Assembly: GCA_965232845.1 (NCBI GenBank)
Contig: OZ247428.1
Coordinates: 897,511-961,510, forward strand
DNA from: Dehalococcoidia bacterium
Lineage (GTDB): Bacteria > Chloroflexota > Dehalococcoidia > Lucifugimonadales > UBA3495
DNA length: 64,000 nucleotides
Direction: 5' to 3'
The translations under genes were made by a program, and so were the position numbers. Each line of letters starts with the position of its first letter. The first letter of the stretch is position 1. The notes under the pieces are model-generated. The model was not told the origin of the DNA and searched no databases. It was given only the letters and a program-made list of their open reading frames with translations. This document shows positions 26,873-36,519 of this stretch, in pieces.

Positions 26873-28561
26873 ATGATCAGAGAGTTGTCAGGCAACGCAG
26901 ATACGATCCTTCACAATGGCAAAGTAATAACCGTTGATCGGCATGATTCTTTGCAACAAGCAATCGCCATCAGGGGCGATCGTATTTTGGGCGTTGGAAG
27001 CGATTCGGACGTAATGGCATTGACGGGGCCCAATACCAGGCAAATCGACTTGCGCGGGCATAGCGTGATTCCAGGAATAGTGGATATCCACGCACACCTG
27101 GACAGGGAGGGATTGAAATCTATCTATCCTACCCTCCAGGGGCTAAGGTCTATAGAAGATATTCTCAAACGGGTCGAAAAGTTGGCTAGCGAGGCAAAAC
27201 CGGGAGAATGGGTCGTCACGATGCCCATCGGTGACCCGCCAAACTACGCAGATATGCCGCAGTCTTTGACCGAGGGGAGGTTTCCCGACCGCTGGGACCT
27301 GGACAAAGCATCGCCTGACAACCCGGTCTATATTAAAGGAATCTGGACACCCTGGAATGTACCCCCTTCCGTATCGATAGCCAACAGCGCCGCACTGCAA
27401 CGGGCCGGGATTGACCGGGATACGATTTCTCCAGATTCCAGCGTCACCATCGAAAAAGACCAAAACGGGGACCCCACCGGTGTTTTCATAGACACCGGCC
27501 GCTATCCTTCGGTGGAATTTACACTAATGAAGGCAGTCCCCCGGTTCACGCCAACCCAGCGGTTCGCCGCATTGAAGGAGTCCATGAGCCTCTACAACTC
27601 GGTGGGCACTACCGGTTCCTACGAGGGTCACGGCGTGGCGCCGGAAGTAATGCAGGCATACAAAACGGCGTGGGACGCAGGGGAGATGACGGTAAGGGCG
27701 AACCTGACCGTAAGCCCGAACTGGCAATCGGTGGAGCAGGCAGCAAAAGAAATGGAGAGCTGGGGACATTCATTTTCGGGGCCCGGTTTTGGCGACGACT
27801 TCTTGCGCGTTAGTGGCTATTTTATTCAATACGGTGGCAATCGTTACACCGCGGAAGCTAGGTCCGCGCTCTTGCCATTCACCGGCTGGGCTGGATTTAT
27901 TCAGAGCTACCACTCCCCCGACTTCTTCACCCAGACGGTTAAGCTGGCGGCACAGTATAACTTGAGGGTAAACACCCTGGTAAGGGAGACCCTGGAAGAA
28001 GTTCTCAACGTTTTCGAAGAAATCAACCGAGAAATGCCTCTCAACGGACGTCGCTGGACTCTGGCCCACGTCCTGCAAACTACGGACGAACAATTGGAAC
28101 GAATTAAGAACCTCGGGCTATTGGTGGAGACTATTCCCTTGACAGAGTTGTGGCTTAGAGGCGCTCCATACCTGGGCGATCCCGACCTGGCAAGCGGGGC
28201 CGTGGCACACCGGCGTTACCTGGAACAGGGAGTAGACTTCAGCTTTGGTACCGACAACAAGCCCTACAATCCGTTTGCCACCCTTTGGGCTACTGTGGCT
28301 CGCCAGGAGAGAGTTACCGGCCAGACCCTGGGACCGGACCAGTGCCTGACCCGGCTGGAGGCTCTGCGTGCATTCACCGTAGGCGGCTCCCGCTTCTCTT
28401 TTGACGAGAGCAAGCGCGGCTCCCTGGAACCTGGGAAACTCGCAGACCTGGCAGTTCTTACTAACGATCTCTTGTGTATGGCAGAGGAAGATATCCCTGA
28501 ACTAGGCTCGAAATTGACCATGGTCGGAGGCAATATCGTGCACCAGTCAGAAGACTTCTAA
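26873..28561 (+). CDS. Amidohydrolase-3 (YtcJ-like) metal-dependent hydrolase, second paralogue
   Basis: LHNGKVITVD...IRGDRILGVG...VIPGIVDIHAHLD, C-terminal FGTDNKP...GKLADLAVL. The ATG at 26873 follows a GAGAGGA RBS (the track ORF starts at 26858). Confidence 0.8.
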   Translation: MIRELSGNADTILHNGKVITVDRHDSLQQAIAIRGDRILGVGSDSDVMALTGPNTRQIDLRGHSVIPGIVDIHAHLDREGLKSIYPTLQGLRSIEDILKRVEKLASEAKPGEWVVTMPIGDPPNYADMPQSLTEGRFPDRWDLDKASPDNPVYIKGIWTPWNVPPSVSIANSAALQRAGIDRDTISPDSSVTIEKDQNGDPTGVFIDTGRYPSVEFTLMKAVPRFTPTQRFAALKESMSLYNSVGTTGSYEGHGVAPEVMQAYKTAWDAGEMTVRANLTVSPNWQSVEQAAKEMESWGHSFSGPGFGDDFLRVSGYFIQYGGNRYTAEARSALLPFTGWAGFIQSYHSPDFFTQTVKLAAQYNLRVNTLVRETLEEVLNVFEEINREMPLNGRRWTLAHVLQTTDEQLERIKNLGLLVETIPLTELWLRGAPYLGDPDLASGAVAHRRYLEQGVDFSFGTDNKPYNPFATLWATVARQERVTGQTLGPDQCLTRLEALRAFTVGGSRFSFDESKRGSLEPGKLADLAVLTNDLLCMAEEDIPELGSKLTMVGGNIVHQSEDF

Positions 28562-28679
28562 CCTGGGTAGAAGGCCGGAGTTGGCACAGACATTCTTAAT
28601 TGGATGCTGTCCCTGCCTCCTCCTACTCTGCAGCGGCGGAAATTCCCGGGTCAGACCCGTTGAACAGATTAGGGCATGC

Positions 28680-29108
28680 CTAGTCCACTACTGCAATGGC
28701 TGCCAATTCAACCTTCAGCTTGTCGTGGGTGGCCAGACGGGTGACGCCGATGGTGGCGGTACCGGGCCGGTGGTCGCCAAAGTATTCCCACCACACCTCA
28801 TTCATCTGGTCCTGTTCGTCCACGTCGGTCAGATACCTCGTAACTTGCACCACGTCGCTGAAGGTGGCTCCACAGGCTTCGAGACCCTTCTTCACGTTTT
28901 CCAGTGCCATCCGGGTCTGGCCCGCCATGTCCATAGGAATGTCGTCGAATTCGGATTCGATATGTGGGTGGCTGTGATAAACCTTGGCGGCGTTAACGCC
29001 AGCCAGGAACAACAGAGAGCCGCCGGTTACCTTGACGGCTGGGGCATAGGGCAGGTTCACCGAAGGGTCCCTTTCGGCGGTGTGAATAACCTCAATTCTG
29101 CTGGGCAA
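28680..29108 (-). CDS. RidA/YjgF/L-PSP family protein
   Basis: 142 aa. GSLLFLAG...GQTRMALENVKKGLEACGATFSDVVQVTRYLTD...TIGVTRLATHDKLKVELAAIAV is the RidA-fold pattern. Confidence 0.8.
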   Translation of the reverse strand: MPSRIEVIHTAERDPSVNLPYAPAVKVTGGSLLFLAGVNAAKVYHSHPHIESEFDDIPMDMAGQTRMALENVKKGLEACGATFSDVVQVTRYLTDVDEQDQMNEVWWEYFGDHRPGTATIGVTRLATHDKLKVELAAIAVVD

Positions 29109-29311
29109 GATTGGCTCCTCCTGTCTTACATTGGCTTGGGGGTTTGATATGGGTTAGTGGGCCCTGTGGCTTCACCGCGTCGTATTATAGTTGACCAGGC
29201 TACCCCCCGTTCAATTCCGGTTGACAGTGTGCCATCGCCCAACTAAACTTCCGCAAGCTCACGGGCAGCGGGGAATCCAATGACTGCAGGCGGCTTCAAA
29301 AAAAGGGATAG

Positions 29312-30640
29312 GTGACAACCGTGACTCAGATCAAGAGCTTTGGAACGATGAATGTGGACTGGGAGGAGCGCGTAGATTTTGAACGGCTGCGCACCCAACG
29401 TCTCAACCGGATCAAGGGGCTGCTCAAGAACTCGGAGTTGGGCGCCATCCTTTCTTTCGACATGAACAACATCAGGTATCTCACGGCAACCATCATTGGT
29501 ACGTGGGCACTGGACAAACTGGTGCGCTACTGCCTGCTGCCCCAGGACGACGAGCCGATTCTGTGGGACTTTGGGTCGGCTGCCCGGCACCACCAGCTCT
29601 ACTGTCCGTGGCTAGGCGAGCGGTCCCGCGCAGGCATTTCCACGTTGAGGGGCGCTACGCCGCCTTCGGCTAACCTGGCGGAAGACGTGGCAAAGAAAAT
29701 TCGCGCCGAGTTGGAACTGCGGGGCCTTCAGAATGAGCCCATCGGGGTCGACGTGGTCGAGCCTGTAGTGCTGTTTGCATTACAGAAAGAAGGATTGAAC
29801 ATAGTGGATGGGCAGCAGTTGATGCTGGAAGCCCGTCGCATAAAGACTCAGGACGAGATAACACTCCTCAACACCGCCTGCGCCATGGTGGACGCGGCTT
29901 ATGATGTTCTATACCAGGAATTAAGGGCCGGAATACGGGAAAACGATGGCGTTGCCCTGGTCAACAAGGTCCTCTATGAACTTGGATCGGAATTCGTTGA
30001 GGGGGTGAATGCCATTGGTGGCGAGCGAACCAGTCCCCATCCTCACCTTTTCGCTGACCGGATTCTGCGCCCTGGTGACCAGGTCTACTTTGACATTCTT
30101 CACAGTTACATGGGGTACCGCACCTGCTATTACCGGACTCTTGCTATCGGAAGCGCTTCCCAGTCCCAGATAGATGCCTATAAGAAGTGCCGCGAGATTC
30201 TCGATGTTTCCATAGACGCCGTTAAGCCCGGCATTACTACAGCCGATATCGTCCAGCATTGGCCCAAAGCTGAGGAATTTGGGTTCGCCAATGAAGAGGC
30301 AGCATTTGCCTTGCAGTACGGCCACGGCGTCGGACTGAACATCTGGGAAGCGCCCATTTTCAGCCGTCTGTTCTCCCTTGAACACCCGCAACCTATTGAG
30401 GAAGGGATGGTATTTGCCCTGGAGGCCTTTTGGCCGGCCTCCGACGGTTGGTCGGCGGCTAGAATTGAGGAAGAGGTTGTGGTGACTGCTGATGGGCCGC
30501 AGGTAATAACCCGGTTCCCGGCCGAGGATTTAATGGTCGCCGGGGTGAAATATTACACCGCAACGGGTCCACTGCCCAGCACCAGGGATGCCCAGTCCCA
30601 CCGAAACCGGCCAGCAATGCCCGCAGCCCACGCCCAATAG
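29312..30640 (+). CDS. M24-fold (creatinase/prolidase-like) hydrolase with a non-canonical metal site
   Basis: 442 aa. Creatinase_N-like N-domain, then a pita-bread domain: GDQVYFDILHSYMGYRTCYYRT...YGHGVGLNIWEAP...MVFALEAF...ARIEEEVVVT. GTG start. Confidence 0.7.
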   Translation: MTTVTQIKSFGTMNVDWEERVDFERLRTQRLNRIKGLLKNSELGAILSFDMNNIRYLTATIIGTWALDKLVRYCLLPQDDEPILWDFGSAARHHQLYCPWLGERSRAGISTLRGATPPSANLAEDVAKKIRAELELRGLQNEPIGVDVVEPVVLFALQKEGLNIVDGQQLMLEARRIKTQDEITLLNTACAMVDAAYDVLYQELRAGIRENDGVALVNKVLYELGSEFVEGVNAIGGERTSPHPHLFADRILRPGDQVYFDILHSYMGYRTCYYRTLAIGSASQSQIDAYKKCREILDVSIDAVKPGITTADIVQHWPKAEEFGFANEEAAFALQYGHGVGLNIWEAPIFSRLFSLEHPQPIEEGMVFALEAFWPASDGWSAARIEEEVVVTADGPQVITRFPAEDLMVAGVKYYTATGPLPSTRDAQSHRNRPAMPAAHAQ

Positions 30641-30677
30641 GCCCACGTCAGCCAGAGACAACCTGCGGCCAAAAGTT

Positions 30678-30703
30678 CAGGGCGGGTTCTCTAACCCGCC
30701 CTG
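30678..30703. terminator. Bidirectional hairpin terminator between convergent genes
   Basis: CAGGGCGGGTT-ctct-AACCCGCCCTG. A-run before it and T-containing tail after it. Confidence 0.6.
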
Positions 30704-30735
30704 ATCATATTGCTCGCTGCCCTGTGTCCTGTTAA

Positions 30736-31686
30736 CTATTGCCCTTCAGGCGGGTCCGACATACCCATGAGAATGTCCTCCAGGGTACGGTCCAAGGCGG
30801 GATCCAGGTTCACCGGTTCCACGTAAGGCGTTACGTTATAGTCCGAACGCACTTGCTCGATTATGCGCTTCGCCTCGGCGTTGTTCTCCGCGATCCTGTC
30901 CAGGTTTGACTGCAATTCCCTCGATTCTGTTTCTCCCAGCGCCAGTAGTTCGCTTAGGTCAATGTCCAGCTTGAACATGGACTTCAATCTGCGCATGATG
31001 TCGTAGAAAGAGCGGTGGTCGCGGAAAATACCCATCTGTTCGTTGTTGGAAACCACGAACGGGTACATGGGGGCCATAGCCCCCAAGCGGAACATTTGAA
31101 CCTCCGGGTATTCGAAGTGAGCCAGCGACACCATGGCCATTCCGATAGTTGGCCCCCTGCGCCCTTCGGTACCGCGGCTGGACATTATTACGCTGTACCG
31201 CTCCAAGTCTTCCTTCATGTCAGCTCGGCTGTACACGCAGTTAATGCGGCGCTCCAGTTCCGGCGGCGCCGGGCCGTTCACGCCTTCCACTGCCACAGTC
31301 TGTTCAATTCCCAAGTCTTGGACGGCCTGGAAAAAACCTTCACCGTAAATGTCAATTCTGCTCCAGGGTTCCTCGCCAAGGAAAATGATGAGCCCGTTTC
31401 CGGCATCGTAGAAGTCGTTTTCCCGGGCCATTGGACTTGAGGGAAGTCCTTCCTGAAACGCCGCAGCCGGACGAAAGGTATCATGGGTACCAGCAACCTG
31501 GAAGGGGAAGCACATTTCGGAGACTCTGTCGCCCAGTCGCCCAATGCGACGGGCGCCCAATTTTTCGATCAGGTATCGGGGCAGTCCACTGGAAATCCTG
31601 CCGCCGTTGGACCACTGGCGGCGCCAACCGGCGATCAAGTATTTTGCTTCGGGTCTTTCGTGGAGGACTAACAACTCGTCTGCCAT
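30736..31686 (-). CDS. PAC2 (proteasome-assembly-chaperone-2-like) family protein
   Basis: 316 aa. YLIAGWRRQWSNGGRISSGLPRYLIEKLG...LIIFLGEEPW...VAVEGVNGPAPP resembles bacterial/archaeal PAC2-family layouts. Assigned from memory of the family only. Confidence 0.45.
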   Translation of the reverse strand: MADELLVLHERPEAKYLIAGWRRQWSNGGRISSGLPRYLIEKLGARRIGRLGDRVSEMCFPFQVAGTHDTFRPAAAFQEGLPSSPMARENDFYDAGNGLIIFLGEEPWSRIDIYGEGFFQAVQDLGIEQTVAVEGVNGPAPPELERRINCVYSRADMKEDLERYSVIMSSRGTEGRRGPTIGMAMVSLAHFEYPEVQMFRLGAMAPMYPFVVSNNEQMGIFRDHRSFYDIMRRLKSMFKLDIDLSELLALGETESRELQSNLDRIAENNAEAKRIIEQVRSDYNVTPYVEPVNLDPALDRTLEDILMGMSDPPEGQ

Positions 31687-31813
31687 ACAGAGTTCCTCCC
31701 TAAATTTCGTGCCCTATTCGGGCGTGCCTTGCATTGAAGGCAGCTGCCTGTCGCAACAATTATAGCAGGATGAGAGCACAACTATCGTACGCAAGTCTGA
31801 CCAAAGGCAGGCA

Positions 31814-33415
31814 CTAGCGGCCCAGCTTTATGTCGTCCGAAATCTTTTCGGCCAACATTATGACTGCCGGATTGATTGGCGCTCGAACCAGGTCCGGCAT
31901 TATTGAAGCGTCGACTACCCTCAAGCCTTCCAGCCCGTAGACCCTCCCGAACTGGTCTACGACTGCCATGGGATCGTCAGGCGGGCCCATGCGGCAAGTG
32001 CAGGAAATGTGAGAATAGGTGGTGGCTTCCTTGAGAAGCCAGTTGTCAAATCCGTCTTCCGTTGACAGGTCTTCATCAGAAGGAGCCAGGCGCTCCCCAA
32101 TGAACCCGGCCAATTCGGGACGGTCGGCCAACTCCAGGGCCTGCCTGACTCCTGCCCGCATCCTCTCCCGGTCAAATGGTTCCGCAAAATAGTTGTAGTG
32201 CATTGCTGGCTGCACCCGGTAGTCGGGAGAAGTGAGTTTCAACTCTCCCTGGCTGGTGGGCAAGAGCAGGGTTATCATCATCTCGGTTACTCGCTCAACG
32301 TCATCAGCATTTTGGGGATGTTCTTCGATGACGTGCCCTCTTGGCGGCACAAAGCACGACAGGCTTATGCCCAGGTCATTTCTCAGGTCGGAACCGGGGG
32401 CGGTAATCCGCAGGGCCGCCCCACCAGGCGCGGACCGACTTTGGACTGGGTAACCCTCGGGAAGGCTCCACGTTACGTAAATCTTGGGGTGGTCTTTCAG
32501 ATTTCGGCCCACTCCCGGTGCATCAAGTACCATTGAAATACCCTGGTCGCCAAGCTGGTCCGCTGGTCCCACGCCTGACAGCAGCAACAAATGGGGAGAA
32601 CCCACGGCGCCGGCGCTCAGGATTATCTCCTCCCCTTCAACGGCAAACGCCTCACCGCCGGACTCGACAATCAGGCCCTTGGCCCGGTTCCCTTCAAAGA
32701 TGATCCGTTTCACGTGGCAATGAGGCTTGATTGTTAGGTTGAGCCTATGCCGGGCCAATTCGAGGTAACCAAGAGCAGTGCTGAACCTTATACCCTGATG
32801 GTTATTAGTAATGCCAGGCCCTACGCCTCCCGAGTCCGGGTTATTGTGGTCTTCAGTTTCTTGAAAGCCGCTGGCAACGCAGGCATCCCGAAAGGCCCGT
32901 TGGGATTCATGCCATGAGCCCGGGTCAGAGTGGTGCACGAAAATCGGGCCCTCGGTCCCGTGAAAGTCGTCGTGATGGTCGGCATCGGTCTCCTGGCGCC
33001 GGAAGAAAGGCAATACCTGCTCGTAGCTCAAGGAATCGTTTCCGCAGGCTGCCCAGGCATCAAAATCTTCAGCCGTTCCCCGGTAAAAGGCCGAGGAGTT
33101 TATGGCACTGGAACCGCCGGTTACCTTGCCTCTTGGAACCTGCATTGGTGGCGCCAGGTCGGTGGCAGTGGCCGTGAACTGCCAATTATGTGGATTGGTT
33201 GGAAGCCAGGATGGGTGACCGCTGGCAGTCCGGGACCTGGGCGGCACGGGGGCCGCGCTGAAGCCATACTTAAGTTCGTCAGGTAGTCTCTCGAAGTCGG
33301 GGTAGTCGGGTCCTGCCTCCAACAGCAGTACCGAACAGTCAGGGTCTTCCGAAAGCCGACAGGCAAGTACCGAACCTGCGGAACCTGCTCCAACTATAAC
33401 GTAGTCGTACTTCAT
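31814..33415 (-). CDS. GMC-family FAD oxidoreductase (choline-dehydrogenase-like)
   Basis: 533 aa. YDYVIVGAGSAGSVLACRLSEDPDCSVLLLEAGP, GGSSAINS, and C-terminal HISCTCRMG...VVDASIMP active-site region. Confidence 0.9.
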   Translation of the reverse strand: MKYDYVIVGAGSAGSVLACRLSEDPDCSVLLLEAGPDYPDFERLPDELKYGFSAAPVPPRSRTASGHPSWLPTNPHNWQFTATATDLAPPMQVPRGKVTGGSSAINSSAFYRGTAEDFDAWAACGNDSLSYEQVLPFFRRQETDADHHDDFHGTEGPIFVHHSDPGSWHESQRAFRDACVASGFQETEDHNNPDSGGVGPGITNNHQGIRFSTALGYLELARHRLNLTIKPHCHVKRIIFEGNRAKGLIVESGGEAFAVEGEEIILSAGAVGSPHLLLLSGVGPADQLGDQGISMVLDAPGVGRNLKDHPKIYVTWSLPEGYPVQSRSAPGGAALRITAPGSDLRNDLGISLSCFVPPRGHVIEEHPQNADDVERVTEMMITLLLPTSQGELKLTSPDYRVQPAMHYNYFAEPFDRERMRAGVRQALELADRPELAGFIGERLAPSDEDLSTEDGFDNWLLKEATTYSHISCTCRMGPPDDPMAVVDQFGRVYGLEGLRVVDASIMPDLVRAPINPAVIMLAEKISDDIKLGR

Positions 33416-33588
33416 AACTTCCTGCCAAGACCCTCAACAAGAAAGTCAACTTCAGGGCTACTCTTTTGGCGCCTGCCAGGTGAAGCCAGCGGCGATGCTC
33501 AAACTGTTACTGGACTCAAATGCTAATCGACGCCGACCAAAGGACTTCCTGGCCGGCGTCGGTTCATGAATCAAGTCAGCTACTCTGG

Positions 33589-34509
33589 CTAATCATCTGC
33601 GGGAGCAGGCTCCGCAATTCGATTGTCCACCAGTTCGGCGCTGCAAGCCGCACCATCAAGCAGGCCCCATTTGACCATCCAGTGGTAGGTGTCCTCAACT
33701 ATTTCATCGTTATAGGGAGTGTTATACGAGTAGCGAATCCTGGAAAGGTGGAAATCCTCCGGAGTGATGCTGCCATACTTGATTGCCACAGAGGCAAACC
33801 TGGGCTCGTCGATGAGGTAATGGAGGTACTTCCGCTTGTCCTCGTTAATCATGTCGACTGCCTTCACCACCGCCCGGTTAATGGCGGTAAAGGTTTCCTC
33901 GTCCATGTTGTCGCTGGCGTTTTCGGCTCCCAGATAGTGTCCCTCGCATACTGGGCGGCAACCAAGTTTCTCCGCCAGGGTTATCCAGGGTTCCATCAAC
34001 GTGGCGGCGGCTACTTCCCCGTTCATCAACGCTTCAAACCGGTACTGAGGAGAACCATAGTGAACGAGCTTCAACTTTTCTTCCGGCAGATAACCGGACA
34101 ATAGCCGCAGCGCGACGTAATGTGAACCGGCGTGGAACTGCACCGCCACAGGCTGATTGCCCAATGTGCCGGGATAGTAGTGTGGGGAATCCCCGCGAAC
34201 CAAAATGGCCTGGCTGGCTACCGCGGAGCGAAGAGCGATTATCTTGGCCCCCTGTTTGCTTTCATAGGCCCGACGGACCTGACCCTCTTCTCAAGCGCGG
34301 TATATGGATACTTTGGCATCCTCGAAGGCAACGTGACCCAGTACTGGGTTAACTTCTTCAGGGTTTTCCGTGTGGGCTACCTGGCCGCTGCTGATGGCGG
34401 TAACAAACTCCATGTCAATGCCTTCCGCCTCAAACAGCCCCTCGTCCTTGGCAACGAGCCAGGGCAAGCTGAAAATGGCTCCGTTTATTTCGCTGACCAC
34501 CTTCTTCAT
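33589..34509 (-). pseudogene. NMT1/THI5-like periplasmic-binding-fold protein (no signal peptide) interrupted by one in-frame TGA at 34293-34291: pseudogene, or a Sec/read-through candidate
   Basis: Track ORFs 34291-34509 and 33589-34203 are in the same frame (921 nt = 307 codons). Manual translation across the gap: ...AKVSIYRA-TGA-EEGQVRRAYESKQGAKIIALRSAVASQAILVRGDSPHYYPG... with no other stop. Confidence 0.6.
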
Positions 34510-34878
34510 TGGCGCGCCTCTCCGTCAAACGCTTTAATTCTTGCTGATATTGAGATTGTCGATAAGTTTAGCAAAGGTGAGCTAGTCCGTCTATCGAATC
34601 CCACCAAGTGCAAGAAAAGACTTACCAATTCAGTGCATAACTGCTCAAGACTTGGCGCCTCCTGTTGACACCGTCCTGGCCCGAGCAAATCCAGCACCGC
34701 ACCTCCCTTTCCGCACCTGGCTTGGAGTGGTTAAGGTTGCTCTTCCGGCTTTGTTCAGCTTGACGCTTCCGGGTGGCACAACTACAATCCGGTACACCAA
34801 AAGATAAAGCTATTTGCCAGGTGTGGAGTACGGACAGAGTGCCCGACACTACGCTGGCAGCAAGAAAGGGTGGTAAAT

Positions 34879-36477
34879 ATGCCTGAAATGACCGGAGGCC
34901 AGGCGCTGGCCAAGTCCTTGTACCTTGAAGGAGTAAGGGTTATCTTCGGCCTGCCGGGCGTTCAGTTGTACCATGCCCTCGACGGTCTGCAGGGCGAGCC
35001 TGGCATCCGTTTCATAACCACCCGCCATGAGCAGGCAACCACCTACATGGCTGATGGATATGCTCGCGCCGGTGGTGGCATTGGCACGGCGATGATGGTA
35101 CCGGGACCCGGCCTGCAGAACGCCTCGGCTGGCATTGGCACCGCCTTCGCTGCCTCCTCTCCCGTCCTGGTCGTCTCCGGCCAGATTGAACGTGACCTGA
35201 TAGGTTCTGACCGGGGTATCCTCCACGAGGTTAATGACCAGTTGGATACCATCCGTCCGGTAACCAAGTGGGCAAAGCGCATTTTGGATCCGGCTGAGAT
35301 TCCCGACGCGGTCCACGAGGCCTTCTATTACCTCAAGACCGGGCGGCCCCGGCCTGTCGAGATTGAGATCCCGCCAGAAACTTTGGCAGAAGTCGCCGAC
35401 GTAGACTTGCGCGAACCCGAAGAATATCCCAAACCAGTCGCAGAAGCGGAGAGAATACGTGCCGGGGCACAGACGTTGAGTGAGGCGGCCAATCCGCTCA
35501 TTTGGGCGGGCGGCGGGATAATCTCCTCCGGCGCCCAGGAAGCGCTCCTTCGTGTGGCCGAACACCTGCAGGCCCCCATCATTACCACCCCCGAAGGTAA
35601 AGGGGCGATTTCCGAACGCCATCCCCTGGCCTTGGGCGCTCACCGGTTGCGTAACGATCCTGTGGCAAGGGAAGAACCGAACTTTGACGCCATACTGGCC
35701 GTGGGCACCAGGATGGCCAACCCGATGTGGTTAGGTGGGCAGAAAGTCGTACAGATTGATATTGATGAGGCTGAGCTGGGCCGAAACTACGAAAACACTT
35801 TTGGCATTCACGGTGACGCCCGTCTGACCCTGGAAAGCTTTTACGAAAACCTTGTGCAGCTAAGCCCAGCCCGGGAAAGCCGCGAGGAAGAGTTCAATGC
35901 CCTGCGCCAGCGCCGGTCTGAAACTGCAATACGCGTGGAACCCCAGGACTCCATTGTGGAAACTATTAGAAACGTAATGCCGGAAGACGGAATTCTCATC
36001 TCCGGCATGACTCAGATCGGGTACTACAGCCGAGCCTTCTTTCCTGTATATGAGCCGCGCACCTTCCTCACTTCGTCCTACGCTGGTAACTTGGGTTACG
36101 CCTTCCCGGTGGCCTTGGGAGCCAAGGTTGCTCAGCCCGACAAGGCAGTGGTCGCAGTTTCTGGCGACGGCGGCTTCCTTTTCAACTCCCAGGAGTTGGC
36201 GACGGCAGTGCAGTACGGGATAAATGCCGTTGTGATAGTTTTCAACGACAACGCTTACGGAAATGTCCTGCGGGACCAGGTCAATCGTTTTGAGGGAAGG
36301 GTTTATGGGGCGGCCTTGCACAACCCTGACTTTGTGAAGCTGGCGGAAGCCTACGGCGCACGGGGAGTAAGAACTGAGATAGGCCAGTTGGGAGGTGCGC
36401 TGGCGGAGGCTCTGGCAGTCGACGCTCCGACATTGATTGAAGTTCCGGTACAGGCTATGCCCACTCCCTTCGAATAG
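34879..36477 (+). CDS. Thiamine-diphosphate-dependent enzyme, acetolactate-synthase-like
   Basis: MPEMTGGQALAKSLYLEGVRVIFGLPGVQLY...TRHEQATTYMADGYARA... and GDGGFLFNSQELATAVQYGINAVVIVFNDN. The ATG at 34879 is used (the track ORF starts at GTG 34870). Confidence 0.85.
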   Translation: MPEMTGGQALAKSLYLEGVRVIFGLPGVQLYHALDGLQGEPGIRFITTRHEQATTYMADGYARAGGGIGTAMMVPGPGLQNASAGIGTAFAASSPVLVVSGQIERDLIGSDRGILHEVNDQLDTIRPVTKWAKRILDPAEIPDAVHEAFYYLKTGRPRPVEIEIPPETLAEVADVDLREPEEYPKPVAEAERIRAGAQTLSEAANPLIWAGGGIISSGAQEALLRVAEHLQAPIITTPEGKGAISERHPLALGAHRLRNDPVAREEPNFDAILAVGTRMANPMWLGGQKVVQIDIDEAELGRNYENTFGIHGDARLTLESFYENLVQLSPARESREEEFNALRQRRSETAIRVEPQDSIVETIRNVMPEDGILISGMTQIGYYSRAFFPVYEPRTFLTSSYAGNLGYAFPVALGAKVAQPDKAVVAVSGDGGFLFNSQELATAVQYGINAVVIVFNDNAYGNVLRDQVNRFEGRVYGAALHNPDFVKLAEAYGARGVRTEIGQLGGALAEALAVDAPTLIEVPVQAMPTPFE

Positions 36478-36519
36478 CGTAGAGGTTAATGCGAAAGACG
36501 GTCCTGAAGGAAGGCAGCA

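Noticed and set aside
29312-30640. Annotating the M24 protein as the DMSP lyase DddP
   Set aside because: The N-terminal and metal-site segments I can recall for DddP (both Asp ligands intact) do not match this sequence. Only the general M24 fold is supported.
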